Below are positions 11,660-26,291 of a stretch of 64,000 bases of DNA, piece by piece. This DNA is from the human T2T-CHM13v2.0 reference genome, Homo sapiens, in the NCBI RefSeq assembly GCF_009914755.1, contig NC_060927.1; one strand, written 5' to 3'. Each line of letters begins with the position of its first letter. The stretch's first letter is position 1. Under the pieces are notes generated by a model, which did no database searches, was not told where the DNA came from, and saw only the letters and a list, made by a program, of their open reading frames with translations. Both the position numbers and the translations under genes were made by a program.

Positions 11660-11790
11660 TCTCTCCACGCCTAGCTGTGTACCTTTGGGTAAGTCACTTA
11701 ACCTTTGAGTTGGTTTCCATGACAGTTTCATAATATCAGACTATTACGAGTGTTGGGAAAATAAATTGGGTAACGTGAGTGTGAACTGCC
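11660..11790 (+). mobile_element. MIR SINE fragment
   Basis: ctagctgtgtacctttgggtaagtcacttaacctttgag resembles the MIR core. Confidence 0.6.
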
Positions 11791-14700
11791 CTGAGTTCAT
11801 GGGAACAGGTCAAAATACTATAAGTTTCACAGTATTTGTGTTTGTGTAACGGGTTACAGTAAACTTACATACATGCACAATGAGGAAGATAGTCTGGCCT
11901 ATACTTTGGGGAACAGCAAAGTGTAAGTAGTTTTGTTTCCTCTTTCTTCCATTCCAGTGTCAGTTGCCCTAATCCTTACCCTGACCTTGGAAGGGAAGAA
12001 TTTTAAGAAAAGTGTTTTTTTTCTCTCAAGCTGTGCTACCCATGAAGATGTCCGTCTCTGTCTGGCTTGCAGCTGAGTTTGTTCTGTTCTACCCACTGTG
12101 TTCTCTGCCAGTCAGTAAGAGAGAGTATTCTGCAGCAAAGGTGGAATACCATTGAGTTCCAGAGCCCTAAAAACGAGGGTAGGAACACACACACACACAT
12201 CTTGGACTAGTTTTAGGTCAATATTTGTTACCAAGGCCAGGAAATTTATTCTCTACAATGTCTCCTGGTAGACAGACTTTAAGTACCAAGAGGGCAGGAA
12301 TTGGGTCTATCTTTTTTGCCCCTGTTGCCCAGAGTCTACCATAATGCATGACATCAAGTATTTAGTAGATGTTTGTTGAAAAAAAAATGGATCAGGTCCT
12401 TCCTTGACTTCCATTCTCACCTAGTTTGAATGCCTAATTTGGATGCCTGTTACCTCTAGTCTGAATTATTGCAATGATCTCCTGCCAGATCCTCTGACCA
12501 CCATTCACTCTCCCACCAGTTTAAAGTCCTTGATGTTAATCCTCTCAACCATCTGCTGTTACTTATTCCCTTGCTCACAGTTTTTCAGTGAGTTCCGATT
12601 GCCTAACAATTCAGTATAAATTCATTCCATTTTTTTTGAGAATTCAATGAGGCAATGTAGGTAAATCACTTAGAATCATGAAGAGGATATAGGATATAGT
12701 CAATAGAAAATAGCTATTATTATTGGTATTGCTATTATAATTTTAATTGCTATCATTATTATTGCTCAGCCTATAATTTATTTTGCCTTGGTTATCATAG
12801 ATAAAATCTTATCTATACTTCTAAACCAACCATTTTTTATGTCTGCTGATTTTTACCACCCAGGCTTGACCTTTCCATCCTTCAACCCAAATTATCTGTG
12901 CTTCTCTCCTGGTTTATAGCCAGTTCTTCCTTACTTACAGGTGTGTCTTTAATGCTCTTGTCCTCCTAAGGACCATTGTAAGATTTTTAAGGACGGAATC
13001 AAGTTTTGTTCCTACTGATATCTTCAATAACAGCTTTCCATCATAAACTAAACTGTCTTTGAGACTTTTTGTAAGAATAAATTAATTATGGCTAAATGTA
13101 TGGGGAATTACTTTATTTACATCCAAGCAAAGTTGGTTACTTAACACTATTCCCCCTTAGGAATCAGTTGATGCAGTGATGATTCTTTTTCAGGGATTTA
13201 GAAAGGAATTCCTACCACTGCTGCCTCTCCAGATAGCACAATATTGCCATACTTGCCTTACCCCATGTTTCCATTTCTTTACCATCTCTCTCCTTTCTCT
13301 GGGCACAAATCCTGGACAGTATCTTGGACTCCTCTCCTTCCCTTGTCCCCAATAAATAGTCATTGGTTCAGTTGGTCTGTTAAACTGTTTCTACAGGGTG
13401 CTCATTTTCCCACTGGCACTGGTCTAGTGAAGGCTATTGTCCTTTTAGGCCTGAGTTTTTGTGGCATTTTTACACCAAACATTAGTCTTCCTAAAATAAC
13501 AAAGTTATAACAATGCTTTGCTTTACCTAAAAACAAAAGGTAAAGAGCAAAAAACAGAAGAAAAACCGCACTAACAAAAACTCCAATGGATCCCAATTTG
13601 CTAGAAAATAAAGCCCCTAATCCAAAATGCAATCTCCTCTTTTACAATTTGATGTCAAATTTATCGTCTTTCTAGGCCCATTTCCTGCTTGTTTCCTCTA
13701 CACAAATCTTTAGCACTGGTTAACAACTGGAAATATGAATAGAAGCTCTTGGCCCTTCAACTGTGCTGAGGTAGGTCCTTCACTTCTCTTACCTCTGACA
13801 CTGACAGCGTTCAGGAGATGAAACAATAGATCAAGTAGGCAAAGTGATAGTTCCATTCATCAAGCTCCTGCAAAGCCTTCCAGGCCCTCTTTCTTGAAAT
13901 TTTTACAGTATGTAATATTAAAAGCATTCACTAATTAGTCATTATTCTTAAAATAGTTTGGGATATTTCTGTGATCAGCCAATCTACCTGTATACTGTTT
14001 GATGGCAGGAAACATCCTTCACACCAGCATTTTCTAATTGGTTATTAGAAAAGTTATTATCAGATATTCCCTGGAAATTGGCTCTGAGGTCAACTCAGAG
14101 AGCTAACTTCACCCAATGGATAAAGATAGCTCCCTCTTGGAGCTTCACAATGAGCACCAATGTGCTAAATACACTTAAGTCTAAAACTCTAAAAGTCTAG
14201 GAAATCCTTTAGTAAAGAGACCTATTTGGCTTATTCGACCAGGCATCATCGTAGGTAATTAAACTTATGTGAAAGCCTCTCTCCTCTTCCACTGGAACAC
14301 CTAAGGAAAACAATTTTGTAAATAAAGTTTTATATTACTTTGTTTCAGAAAAGCATAAATATTCCCCATACATATATTTTTCTATCAACTGACTGTTCTC
14401 AACTCTTGATAAAAAAAAGTCCCCACAAAACAGTCATAAATAAATAAAGACAAAATGAAGCTTCCACATTTTATTCAAATTGAAAGCATTTGGAAAGTCT
14501 ATAAAGATCACAAAGAAAGTAGGTTATCAGTAAACTCTAGCCAATCGATCCTTTGCCTGTAAACTATTACAATTGTATTTGAGTACACGGCCTGAGAACC
14601 TTCCAAAGGAATATATACAATCTCATTTCAAGATCAACCCACTTCTTCCTATCCTCCTCCATTAAAAGTCCTTCCAAAGCAGAGATTTTTACCATGGGCA

Positions 14701-17235
14701 TATTCACATGCAATGTTTTATATTATTTAGACTTTTCTTAATAAGATTTGGCATTATCTAGATATGCATTTCCCTAGGAGAAAGAAAAGCAGCAGTGCAA
14801 TCTCCATCTAAGGATGCCTGAATTAAACCTTTAAGAATTCACCTTTTTTCCAGTTTTTGATATTAGATTCATGTGTTATGCCTGCCCATGACTGTCTAAC
14901 CACGAAACTAACTGGACATTAAATCAGATGGCATACAAAATTACAGGAATTTGATCTTTAGATAAACCACAAACCTTGATGAACTAATGTTGTTCCAGAT
15001 GAATTAACTCATCCTGAGAAACAGAACATTTCATAGGAGCGACCACACAGTCTTCTCTGCAAAGAACACTAATGGCTGTGATTAATTTGTGTTCTATTGA
15101 ACGTGCTTGCTTCTATTGAAAGTACACCTAAAAAGGTGTATACTAAAGGAAGGAAGAAGGCTTAGTCAGGCAATTCTGGCCTCAGAATAATTGCCCCACC
15201 CCAAATCTCTGATGGTGGATGCTGCATATTACTTATACTTGGTTATGATGTCTGTTACAGCGTTAAGAAACAATGAATGTGTTAAGTCATTATCAATGAT
15301 TTCATGAAACATTTATCCTTTCTCTACATTGGAAATCCTAAAATTTCATTTCACTATTTCAATGACTGTAGCCAAACACTTAAAAAATAAAGTAACAACA
15401 CTACAGAGCCAGAAAAGTATGTTTAGTTTATAATCCATTTAGTGAGTGTCACATCTTATGATACATATCAAATGGTAAAATGTCAAAATATTCCAATAGC
15501 AATTAAAGTACCAATACAATCTCTATATCATTGTGAAAATATGGACATTGATTTCAACTGTAGCTTTGAAAATATCTTTCTGTAAATGTTGTTGAGTAAA
15601 TTCTTCAACTTCAAATAAAATCTTAATATAGCCTGTCTATAGAATCCAGAATTAAGTACTGGTCAACTTCCAAGAAGCAGATTCTCAAAGGTATTTGTGT
15701 TTTCTATGTAGTTCTTGGCTGGAAAACAAATCCAAGTTTGCTAACACAGTGCCCTACAACTAGAAGGGGGGGATGCCAGAAGGGACATGAATGGAAATAC
15801 TTAAAGAGGAAAGAAAAATATGCACCCTGATTCACACATAATTTCTCTCCACATATAATCTGGACTGCCAATTTATAAATAAACCATAGAGCTGGATCAT
15901 GATGTGGAGAACATTGAAATGATGAGCCTAGGAAGGTGATTGAAATGACTACAGGTTTAACATTTTAAACTCATACTTTTGTCTAATATTACATTGTGCC
16001 TTATACAATTTTATATTCCTCCACCCCACATCCATTCTACAAGAGCTGGCGAGGTTCAAAATTTCTCAAAAAAAGTGTTGATTAATTAAATTTAAATGAC
16101 TCACTAAGTGTTTTAGCTACGTAACTTTTAAAAAATGTGGTGGTGGTTGTCGTCCCTGGAGAAATTACCATAAAACTGTTTATCATTGTCCGTATATAAT
16201 CTCCTTGGTAATCAGTGTTGGAAGATTTCAAGAAGGTCATTATAAAAGTCTTCATAAAATATATTTTGCTGAATTTTAATCTTGGAAAACACAGTGAAGT
16301 CACAACATATACACGTTCAAGACTTACAACTATTACAAACAGAGGGAAACGGAAGGCAGGGAGTATGGATGAGAGAGAAAGAGGGAGGGAGAATGAATGA
16401 GCCTTTACCCAGGAAAGAGCATGAGACGGAAACACGAATCATCTGTTTCCTCAAAAGGAATCAGTGTTCAAATGCCTTTTGTACTATGAGTATCGTGTTC
16501 CATCAAGTGTGACTCTCGGGTTTAAAGATGTGTATTTTTCACACCATGCATCCTCTGAATGCAAATATACCACTTCCTCTGGTGCTCGGCCGAAGCCACG
16601 GTGGTCCATTCCAACACTGGATGGTTCAAGAGCAGAGCTGAGCAGAGGAAAAATTTGATTATACTTGATTTTCAATTACCTGCTCACTGTAGAACCTAAG
16701 CTCTCAGTAAGATGTAAATTCACTGAATTTGGTTTCATTTATGAAAAATATTCCATTGCAATGACAAGATAAGTAATTGAGACAGTGTGTTTTTATGCGT
16801 AGTGGGGTGCAGACCAGCACTTCTCTAATTATTCTCGCCCCCAAAATTTTTTGTGTGTGGTCCAGGTGATAACCGAGGTTCATGGCTCTCATAATTCAAC
16901 TCTCGAATCACCCGTACCTAGGAAGAAGTGCCAGTCATCTGTTTTCACAAACTTCCTGTCTCCCATGGCCTTTCACAGGGAAGGTGATGGGCTGAACATG
17001 GTAAACTGCCATAATGAGGTAGGAAGTTTTCTTCCTAGGGCCCAGTAAACTACAAGCTTCCTCTCAGCAAAAAGGAAAACACTTGGCCTCATGAGCAATC
17101 AGTTTCATCCACAGTTTCCTGCTAGACCATAGCCTTCTGATGTTACACCCTTGAGGGAGTCTGCTTCTAGTTATGTAATAGTGAGAAAGTTGCTTCAACT
17201 TCTTCAGCCTCTCTTTTAGTATCTCTAAAATTGCA

Positions 17236-17530
<295 letters not shown>

Positions 17531-17704
17531 AAAATTGCAATAATGGGACTTCTAAGAAGTTATTAGGGTTAAACAATTGAGGTGAAGTATATAAAGCACT
17601 TAGTGTAATATCTGGTAAATAGAGACTCATAAAGAAGTACAGTACTTGGAGAGATAGCATAAATCCAAATAAAAATTTTAAAAAAGAAGTTTAGGATAGT
17701 GACT

Positions 17705-17935
17705 AACAACACAGAATCTGCAGTGGGGCAGCCTGGATTCAAATCACAGCTTCGCTATGTGCTTGGGGTGTGACATATGTAAAGTTACTTATCAGCTTGG
17801 TTTCCTCCTTTGTAAAATGAGTATAATGATAAAAAGTATCTCATAGGGCTATTGAGAGGATGAAATGAGGTAATCCATGCACAGCACTTAATTTAGTGTC
17901 TAGCACATACTAAGCACCTAATAAGCATGAGCTAT
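17705..17935 (+). mobile_element. MIR SINE
   Basis: cctggattcaaatc...ggtttcctcctttgtaaaatgag...gcacatactaagcac. Confidence 0.75.
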
Positions 17936-18384
17936 TTTTAAATGGAGTTCTAACTCAATAAAATCGTTGGTACTTCCTATGCAAATGCCCTCTGTGGTTT
18001 TTTTTGTTGGTGGTGGATTTTTATATAGCCATCTTTATATCAAAAGAGAAACAAATATTTTGTCCCTTTAATTTATTTTCTGGTCACTCAGGCAGCAATT
18101 TGCTTCTGAGAAACAGAGATGGAAACATATAGAGCCAGAGAAGAATAACCAAAATAAGTGATAGGAATACAAATTCATAATGGTGTCTAAACACTAAGCC
18201 AGGAATTGCAATCCGAATGGGGAAAAACATTTTCTGAGAAAGGATTTTTTTGGAGACAGATAAAAAAAAAATGAAGAAAAATAAGAATCTTCAAAATTAC
18301 GCTAGAAATGATATGTGTTTTTTAAAATAAACCTTGAACAGAAATTATGTTTAAACTACATTTTCCTCAATATTTGAAGTAAGC

Positions 18385-18800
18385 TAAATGAATAAGATCT
18401 AGTACTTGATAGCACAACAGGGTGACTACAGGGTGTAACTTTTAGTTATTTTTAAATGTACAATAATATATTGTATAATAATATATTAGTTATTTTAAAT
18501 ATATATTATATATTTAACAATAATATATTAGTTATTTTAAAATGTACAATATATTATTGTACAATATATTATTGTACATTTTAAAATAACTAAAATAATA
18601 TATTGTACATTTTGAAATAACTAAAAGAGTATAACTGAGTTGTTTGTAAAACAAAAAAAGGCTGAATGCTTGAAGTTATTGATACCCTCATTTAACCTGA
18701 TGATATTATTATGCATTATATGCCTGGATCAAAATATCTCATGTACCCCATAAATACATACACCTGCTATGTACCCACAAAAATTAAAAATTAAAAATGT
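18385..18800 (+). mobile_element. L1MA-type 3' UTR fragment with internal inverted duplication
   Basis: aatgaataagatctagtacttgatagcacaacagggtgac...aaaatatctcatgtaccccataaatacatacacctgctatgtacccacaaaaattaaaaa. Confidence 0.8.
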
Positions 18801-19562
18801 TTTAAAAATATACATTTCTTCAGAATGTGGTAAAAAGAAGACAAAACATTCACAGAAAAGGAAGGACAATATACAAGATAAAACATTAGTGTGAATCCAG
18901 AGGACCTCAGTAGACGCTGTTCAATTTTGGGTGCAAAAATTGGTTCTGCTGGCTGGGAGTTTATGTTGCAAAGCAGGACAATGAGTTCAACACGTAAACC
19001 AACTTAGTTCAATTTGCTCCACAAGTATTTATGAGGAATCTTCTATATCCTGGCACATCATTTGACATTTAGTGTACATTGATGATTAAGTCATGGTCAC
19101 CACCTTTAAGTAGCTTTAAAATCCAATGAAAAAAATCTATTGTGTTGGCCATTGGTTACATACCACACCCTATAGTTAGTCATAAGGGAACTGAACCATG
19201 CATGGATCCTGGGGAATCATTGCCACTACTGGGAAGACCAACCCTAATATAAGTGCTGGCAATGGCAGCTGAGCCTCAGCATCCTTATATACAGCAAGAG
19301 AGGCACAGTCTTATTTTTGCATTCTTACCTTGACACTGCCATCAAAAGGGGTCTGACCTGGATATTTACAAATTCCCTGAGCCAACAGTTCAGAATTTAG
19401 AGGATATGGACAGACCTAAAAGAAGACAAAAGACTTTTTTTTCCTGATTAAAAAAAATACTGGTCACAGATTAAAGACAAACCATTCACTCATTTATCCT
19501 CTCCATGTTCCAGGTACCACGTTGATGGTAAAGAGAGAAGATAAATATACTGAATACCCATC

Positions 19563-20065
19563 TGTGATGGTTTTAAAATATATTAAGAAATTTTAAATTT
19601 TCTCTCCCCTTCTTCAAAAAGTGGTCTAATTCTCCTCATGTTGAATATAAGCTGAGCTTAGTGACACACTTCCGATAAACAGAATGAGGAGAAAGGGATG
19701 CTATGTGAGTTTTGAAATTTGATTATAAAAAAGAAGAGTCTCTCTCTCTCTCTCTCTCCCTGTCATTCATGTTCTGTGGATATGATGCAGCCTGTAGAAA
19801 GGCCTATGCGGGGAACAATTAGGATGTGCCAGCTATGTGAAAGAGTGGCCTTGGAAAACAAATTATCCAGCCTCAGTCCCATTTTTAGGTGACTGAAGCT
19901 GCCATTTTCCCTGTGACCTGATGAGACCCTGGACCACAACTGCCCAGCTAGCTGAGCCACCCCTGAATTCCTAAACCATAGAAACTGAGAACACTAAATG
20001 TTTACTGTTGTTTTCAACCATTAAGTTTTGGGATAATTTGTGGGGCAGCAATAGATACCAAGCAC
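19563..20065 (+). mobile_element. MLT1-family (ERVL-MaLR) solo LTR
   Basis: TGTGATGG start and a typical MLT1 3' end (aaatgtttactgttgttttcaaccattaagttttgggataatttgt...gcagcaatagata). Confidence 0.75.
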
Positions 20066-21439
20066 ACCAGCCACAGCTCTTTGGTGGATACGGAGAATTC
20101 AGTTGCCTGATGTCCTCAGACCATCAGAGAATAGCTCTGGGATATTTCCCTGGCCCCACAGCACTCTCTCTGATTCCTTGGCTTTTGACTCACAGGTTGA
20201 AAATTACCAAACCAAACATGCTGCAGGATAAGGTTTAGAAGGCAGAGGAAACAAAAAATTAATATTAAACCATTGTCCCTGCTGTTAAGTCCCATGCAAT
20301 CTATTTAGAGAGACAAGACTAAGCTACTTGAAAGAACGGCAAATAGTACAAGACTGTACGTCATTAAGTACTAAATTATGTCATTCGAATGTTAAGTGCT
20401 GCAGAGATTCAAACAGAAGGGAGATGGATAAAGGATGGCATGGTAGGGGAAGCTTCATGAAAGAGGTGAGACCTGCTGTCATTCAAAAGATAGGCAAAAG
20501 CGGAAAATAATATTACTGGGAGCTTAGGCGAAACATATTTTCAACGTTCATTTAACTGCTTTGCAAAAAACCCAGCATACTATTGTTCATTAGGTGTGTA
20601 AAATCATCCTCACGTAATCATCCTCACATATTTTAAAAATATAGATTGTAGTAGGTTAGGTATGTTTATCTTCATATGTGTGTTCCAAACAGATAGATTA
20701 ATTTTCCGATGGATTCCAATATACCAGACAGTTTCATACTCAGTGCTGGGTGAATCTGTCAGAATAAATTAAAGGAAAATTTAGAAATAATTCTTCTGGT
20801 AAAATATGAAAGCAGTAAGAGTAATTCTTTTTTTAATCTAATAATTACTAACACACTAAAGGTTCATATCCAGGCATAACGTTTTGTAGGCAAACTAGAA
20901 ATATTTTATTTCAGATAATGGGTCTTCCTATTTTGTTTAACAACCAAGGACTTTATATCTACATTATATTCAACTCATTTGCAATAATGATAATAATAAT
21001 AATAAAAAGCACAAAACACTTTTAAATCATAAGCATAATGCCTAAATATATACTATTCAGTGCAGTTTTCTGTGCTGTAGTTACTTAAAAATAGGCCCCT
21101 GGATTTAACTTCTTTGTAAGTAATTTGGCTAAGATTGGATATGTAGGCAAAAGATATCCATTCATTTTTTTTCTTTTAAAGCAAGTGTACTTAAATATTT
21201 TATTACTAACATTAGTCAGTCGTGTTAATTTCACTCATGTACTCCTTCTTTCAGAAACAAATCAGACATAATCCTTGCCAAATTCTCATCTTTGAAAACT
21301 CCACTGGCAACAATGTGGCAAGTGTATTGGGGTAGGGGCAGGGCAAGTGGATCCTGGGTGACCAATTAGCAAGTCATTGAAGTAATAGAAGTAATAGACA
21401 CTGGCAAGATGATAAAAAATAGTAATTATAATACAATCT

Positions 21440-21640
21440 TTATTAAGTGCCTATTCTATGTAGAAAGCTTAGTATACATCATTTCATGTAACAACTCACT
21501 GACTATAAGGTGATTATTATCCTTGTTTTACAGATGACAAAACTGAACTCAATAAGATTGAGTATAGAAGTAGCCCAAAGTCACCCAACTGGTAGGTATT
21601 AAAAATGGGATTCAAACCCTGATCAATCTGCCTGTATATT
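21440..21640 (-). mobile_element. MIR SINE
   Basis: attattatccttgttttacagatgacaaaactga...cccaaagtcacccaact...ggattcaaaccc. Confidence 0.75.
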
Positions 21641-22056
21641 CTGCCATGTTCTTTTCCAAGGCTACATTATTTCAGACATAATGACCTGAAAGACTGGTCT
21701 GTTAAGATGCCAAAGATACTATGTCCTTGGTAATTGGGAGTTGGCATTTAAGGTCACTCCGAGCCAACCACTGACTGACAGGGACTCTTAGGACCCCTAA
21801 TCTCAGTTTAGTAATAAACATTAGATTAATAAAAGAAACACCACTGGGGGTATTTTCAAGACCAAAATATACTCTGGGGACATCAGGGAATCTATGCTGT
21901 GTACTAGTAATTAAATGGAGGCCAGCGAAGCAACATGATTTTGCCAAGGCTCAATCTTAATCAAAGTAAGAACAAATTTGAACCAATGTTTGGTTTGTGG
22001 CATCATGCTATTTTTTCAATTAGCTTCTCATTGATTAAATATATTTAAATTATAGT

Positions 22057-22421
22057 TGATATGGTTTGGCTCTGTGTCCCCTCCTAAATCTCATCTTGTA
22101 GTTCCCATAATTCTCACATGTTGTGGGAGGGACCCAGTGGGAGATGATTGAATTATGAGGGTGGGTCTGTCCTGCACCATCCTCATGACAGTGAATGAGT
22201 TTCACGAGATCTGATAGTTTTTAAAACAGGAGTTTCCCTGCACAAGCTCTCTCTCTGCCTGCTGCCATCCACATAAGATGTGACTTGCTCCTCCTTGCCT
22301 TCCACCCTGTTGTGAGGCCTCCCTAGCTATGTGGAATGGTATGTCTAATAAACCTCTTTCTTTTGTAAATTGCCCAGTCTTGGGTATATCTTTATCAGCG
22401 GCATGAAAACCGACTAATACA
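22057..22421 (+). mobile_element. THE1-family (ERVL-MaLR) solo LTR
   Basis: TGATATGGTTTGGCTCTGTGTCCC...AATAAACCTCTTTC...GACTAATACA, ~365 bp, with a near-TSD atagt/acagt. Confidence 0.92.
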
Positions 22422-24969
22422 ACAGTCTTTTAGGAAAAGATACACGCGAAAAGGAATTCAGTACTTAATACAGGGAGAGAGGCACTTCTTGGAAGTAAAA
22501 TTTTGATCTACTAAGGTTCTCAAAAGTGACCCTACAAAAAAATCATCTATCTTCATCTTACATTTTTCACTTAGATTTCCCTAAAAACACAAAGGTAAAA
22601 ATAAAAGAAGGCAAAATAATTTTTTTTGTCCCCAGCTATGAATCTATGTCATAAAATGTATGCTAATAAAAACAATTATATTTGATTTTAACATTATGTC
22701 ATTAAACCATAATTATGTCTCATAGCTCAGGGAAGGTCATTTGGGGTTGTTAGTGGTGGTTTCCTCCTAAATCTAGCATATCTGTCCTTGCTATTTGTTT
22801 CCTTATCTGATTATTTACACTATTTTAAACTTCCTTGTACTTTTATCATCAAAAAGCACTTGTGGTCTGCATCCTGGGTGGATGACACTGACCTCATGTC
22901 ATATTCCTTGTCTGAGCTACATTCCTAGTAAAGTTCCCTGACAAAAGTTTTGTCTACATAGTAGTCAACATAGGTTTTCACAGGAAATAAATTGGTTTAT
23001 GAAAGTGAGTCTTAAGGTGGGAATTGGTTCCTCTGTTTCAGTACATCTTTTGAAAACGCTTAGTGAAAGTTCTTAAATATTTTGGTGAAGACACATATAG
23101 ATACATGTCATCGGAAAGATCTAAGATTTCACCTCTTAAAACTATTAATAGAAGTAAACTGTTTACTGCACCATTTGACAAACATTTCCAAACCGTAACT
23201 AAGCTTAAGTTGAGCATTCATTCTAGTGAAAATTAACATGAAAATGCACTAAGAAAATGAAGTTGTAAAATTGATTGATTTCAGTGACAAAAGGAGATGC
23301 AATATAACCAAACATTGCAATTGTACCGGATGGTCAAGCCATCTATAGCATACCAGAAGTGTGTAATTAGTCTATGTTTTTCATCACTAGGAAAAAAGTA
23401 TGTGGTTTTAGAGATCATGTTTAAAGCACCTACAGAACCCAACATTGTCATGCTAAATACAAGAGATCTAAAGATCTGCTGTTACACATCTATTACATTT
23501 AGTGAGCTGTCCCCCTGGCTTTTTTGAAGTGCTGTATACACGATCTTGCAAGGCAAAACACTTTATGTACCATACGAAATTTGAGGCATAATGTTAAATG
23601 TTCACAAGATAAGCTAACAAAACTGTATGCTAGTGACTTTTTTATTTCCTTGTTTTATGTCCTTTAAGTACTTTAAGGAAAGATAAACAAGAAGGTAGAG
23701 GAATAAAATGTGGCTCTTCCTTCTACATTTTTCACTCTCTTTCCTAAATTAAATTATAACTGCTGATTTGCACCCAAGGAAAGAATCATGTTAAAATATG
23801 CTGGGTTATTTTTTTAAAAAATGTTTAGATAGCAGCTTTCAAAACATAGCTAAGTAAAATGTGTTTTGAGATGGAAAACATTTGGTCTTTTTTTCAGCTT
23901 TCAACAGCTTAAGTGAAGGGATTTTTAATGTTCCCAAACAGCTGGGTCATACTATGTCTATCATGAATTCCACTCTTCACTGAAGGATCCCACCTCCCTA
24001 ACTGTAGGGAGAAATTCTCTTTTTAATTCCTGTTCTTTCACTTGTTCATCTTAATAGCTTCCCATTAGTATCACAGGTTTTTCATAGGTAACGCTTGCAG
24101 CAGCGGTTGCTGACAGAATTTATTCTTGAATGAAACATAAAACTTTTCTTCAAAAAATGCCAATGGCTTTCTATTTATTGTGTGGTGGCTGTAGAAAACA
24201 ACAGGTTAATGTACACTGGAACAATAATAATAACAGCATGGTAGGGAAGCGGGGAGTGCGTTGCTTATTTTCAGGACTCTAGCCTTCTCAAAGGTGCTAA
24301 TTACTGAGCATTCCAGGGCTCATTATCTGAATTGTCTAAATTTTTATCACTCTTTTAACGTCACTCCGAACAAATGCACAAGAGTTTTTCAAAACAAATT
24401 AATATTTTTAAATTATTTTCAAATCCTTCCCAGGTAAAAATGTGCATGATAATACATCTATGTACTTATTTATGTGACTATAAGCAAGGTAATGAAGAGG
24501 GAGTGAATAGCAATCATGCAATATGTCAAATCAATATAAAACCAAAAATAATCCATGTAAAAACAGAGACAGAATATTGTTATTTACTGCAAATGTACGA
24601 GTTAAATTGCATCTTACATTTAACAATAGGTATACTGTTTTATATCCAAAAGAGTAAACTAAGAGTTCAAACATTTGCATGCACTAAATATGCAAACTAC
24701 AAAAATAAACTGTGTTCATAAATGTACATAATTGTGTAAACTGCTTGGCAAAAAAATAACAAAAATGTTATTGTCTATTTTTATAATTATTGATTGATTG
24801 AGACAGGATTGGGATTACAGCCGTAAGCCACTGCACTTGGCCCTTTTTTTATTACGTTTCTTCAAATTAAACTACTTGGTTCTTTATAAATTATTGTATT
24901 ATGTTATCTTCATTTGGCTGAGAGAGATGAGTTTAAAGAATTGTAGCTGTGAGATCAGTAAATTTGCCA

Positions 24970-25148
24970 GAGACAGGCTGGAGTCCAGTGGTACAATCAT
25001 GGCATACTGATGCCTTAACTTTCCAGGCTCAAGCAATCCTCTCACCTCAGCCTCCCAAGTAGCCGAAACCACAGGTGCATGCTACCGTGTCTGGCTAATT
25101 TTTAAAAAAATTTTTGTAGAGACGGGGTCTCACCATGTTGCCTAGGTT
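24970..25148 (-). mobile_element. Old Alu (AluJ-like) fragment
   Basis: caggctggagtccagtggtacaatcatggc...ctcagcctcccaagtagc...tttttgtagagacggggtctcaccatgttgcc. Confidence 0.85.
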
Positions 25149-26149
25149 GTTATTTATTGTTTGTTTCATAGTGGCTTTCACTTTTTTCTGCATCTATTTG
25201 TTTCTCATTTAGAAGTTCCATTAGATGGAAATTCCCAGCTGCATATTCACCCCCTGTGCCTTCTCCTCCTCACATAACTCCTCCAGTTGGACTGCAAGCC
25301 ATTGGGCTTTCCAGCCTTTTCTATGTGGTCAGCCATTGCTATGGGCTAAGGATGGGCAGGGAGTGGAGAAATAGAGCATTACTCCAAGATGTGTGTGATT
25401 GGTCAAGGAACTCAAGGTCCCGCATGATGGAAGAAAAGACACCATGGTATTTATTATCTACCATGCGGTTCTACACAATAAACAACTCCCAATATGTAGA
25501 TGATTCAGATGATTAACAGTAGTTTAAATTACTTTTGCAAATCCTCTATAATTGCTTTTCACCATAACCACCATCTTCTAACTCCTCCTCCATAAAAAGT
25601 CAATGTCTTCTTGGATAATTGAAAGTATACTTTACAGATATGTGATCTATACTTCTATGAATAGACATGTAACCCTAATATAGAAAAATTGATTGTGTAT
25701 GTTTGACATATACACATACACAGACACTCACACACACACACAAACACACACACACAGCTTCAAAATTGCTTTTAATAAAACATACTAGAATCTACACAAA
25801 TCTACATCTATACTCTGAATGACTTTTGAGTACTTGTCCTTTCGGGTTGCCTATTTCAATTAACAGTGTTAGTATCCACCCAGTGACTGACTCTGATTCG
25901 GTAAAAGAATATATCTTTAAAACATTCTTCTACATCCATGAGCAATGAGAGGGAATAGCAGCTTGTCACATGTAAACATGGCCTGGGTTTAAAAAGACGT
26001 GAAAACAATTGCAATTCTATTGTTAAAAAATTTGATCATTTTTTAGAAGAAATTTTAAAACTAGTTTTAGACTTTTCATAATCAGTTTTATTTAGAAATG
26101 CTTTAGATTGTGGAGATAATGCCAATAGTTTTTTACCTTACAGTATAAT

Positions 26150-26291
26150 CTGTTTTTTGTTGTGTTTTTTGTTTGTTTATTTGTTTTTAGAGACAGGGTC
26201 TCGCTTAGTTGCTCAGGCTGGACTCAAGTGATCCCCTTGCTTCAGTCTCCCAAAGTTCTGGGATTACAGGCATGAGTCACCACACTTGGCC
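26150..26291 (-). mobile_element. Alu left-arm monomer (FLAM-like)
   Basis: T-rich tail followed by agagacagggtctcgc...cccaaagttctgggattacaggcatgagtcaccacacttggcc. Confidence 0.85.

Noticed and set aside
15123-15140. TACACCT-aaaa-AGGTGTA inverted repeat (T-box-like)
   Set aside because: 7-bp arms occur by chance several times in 64 kb, and there is no supporting context.
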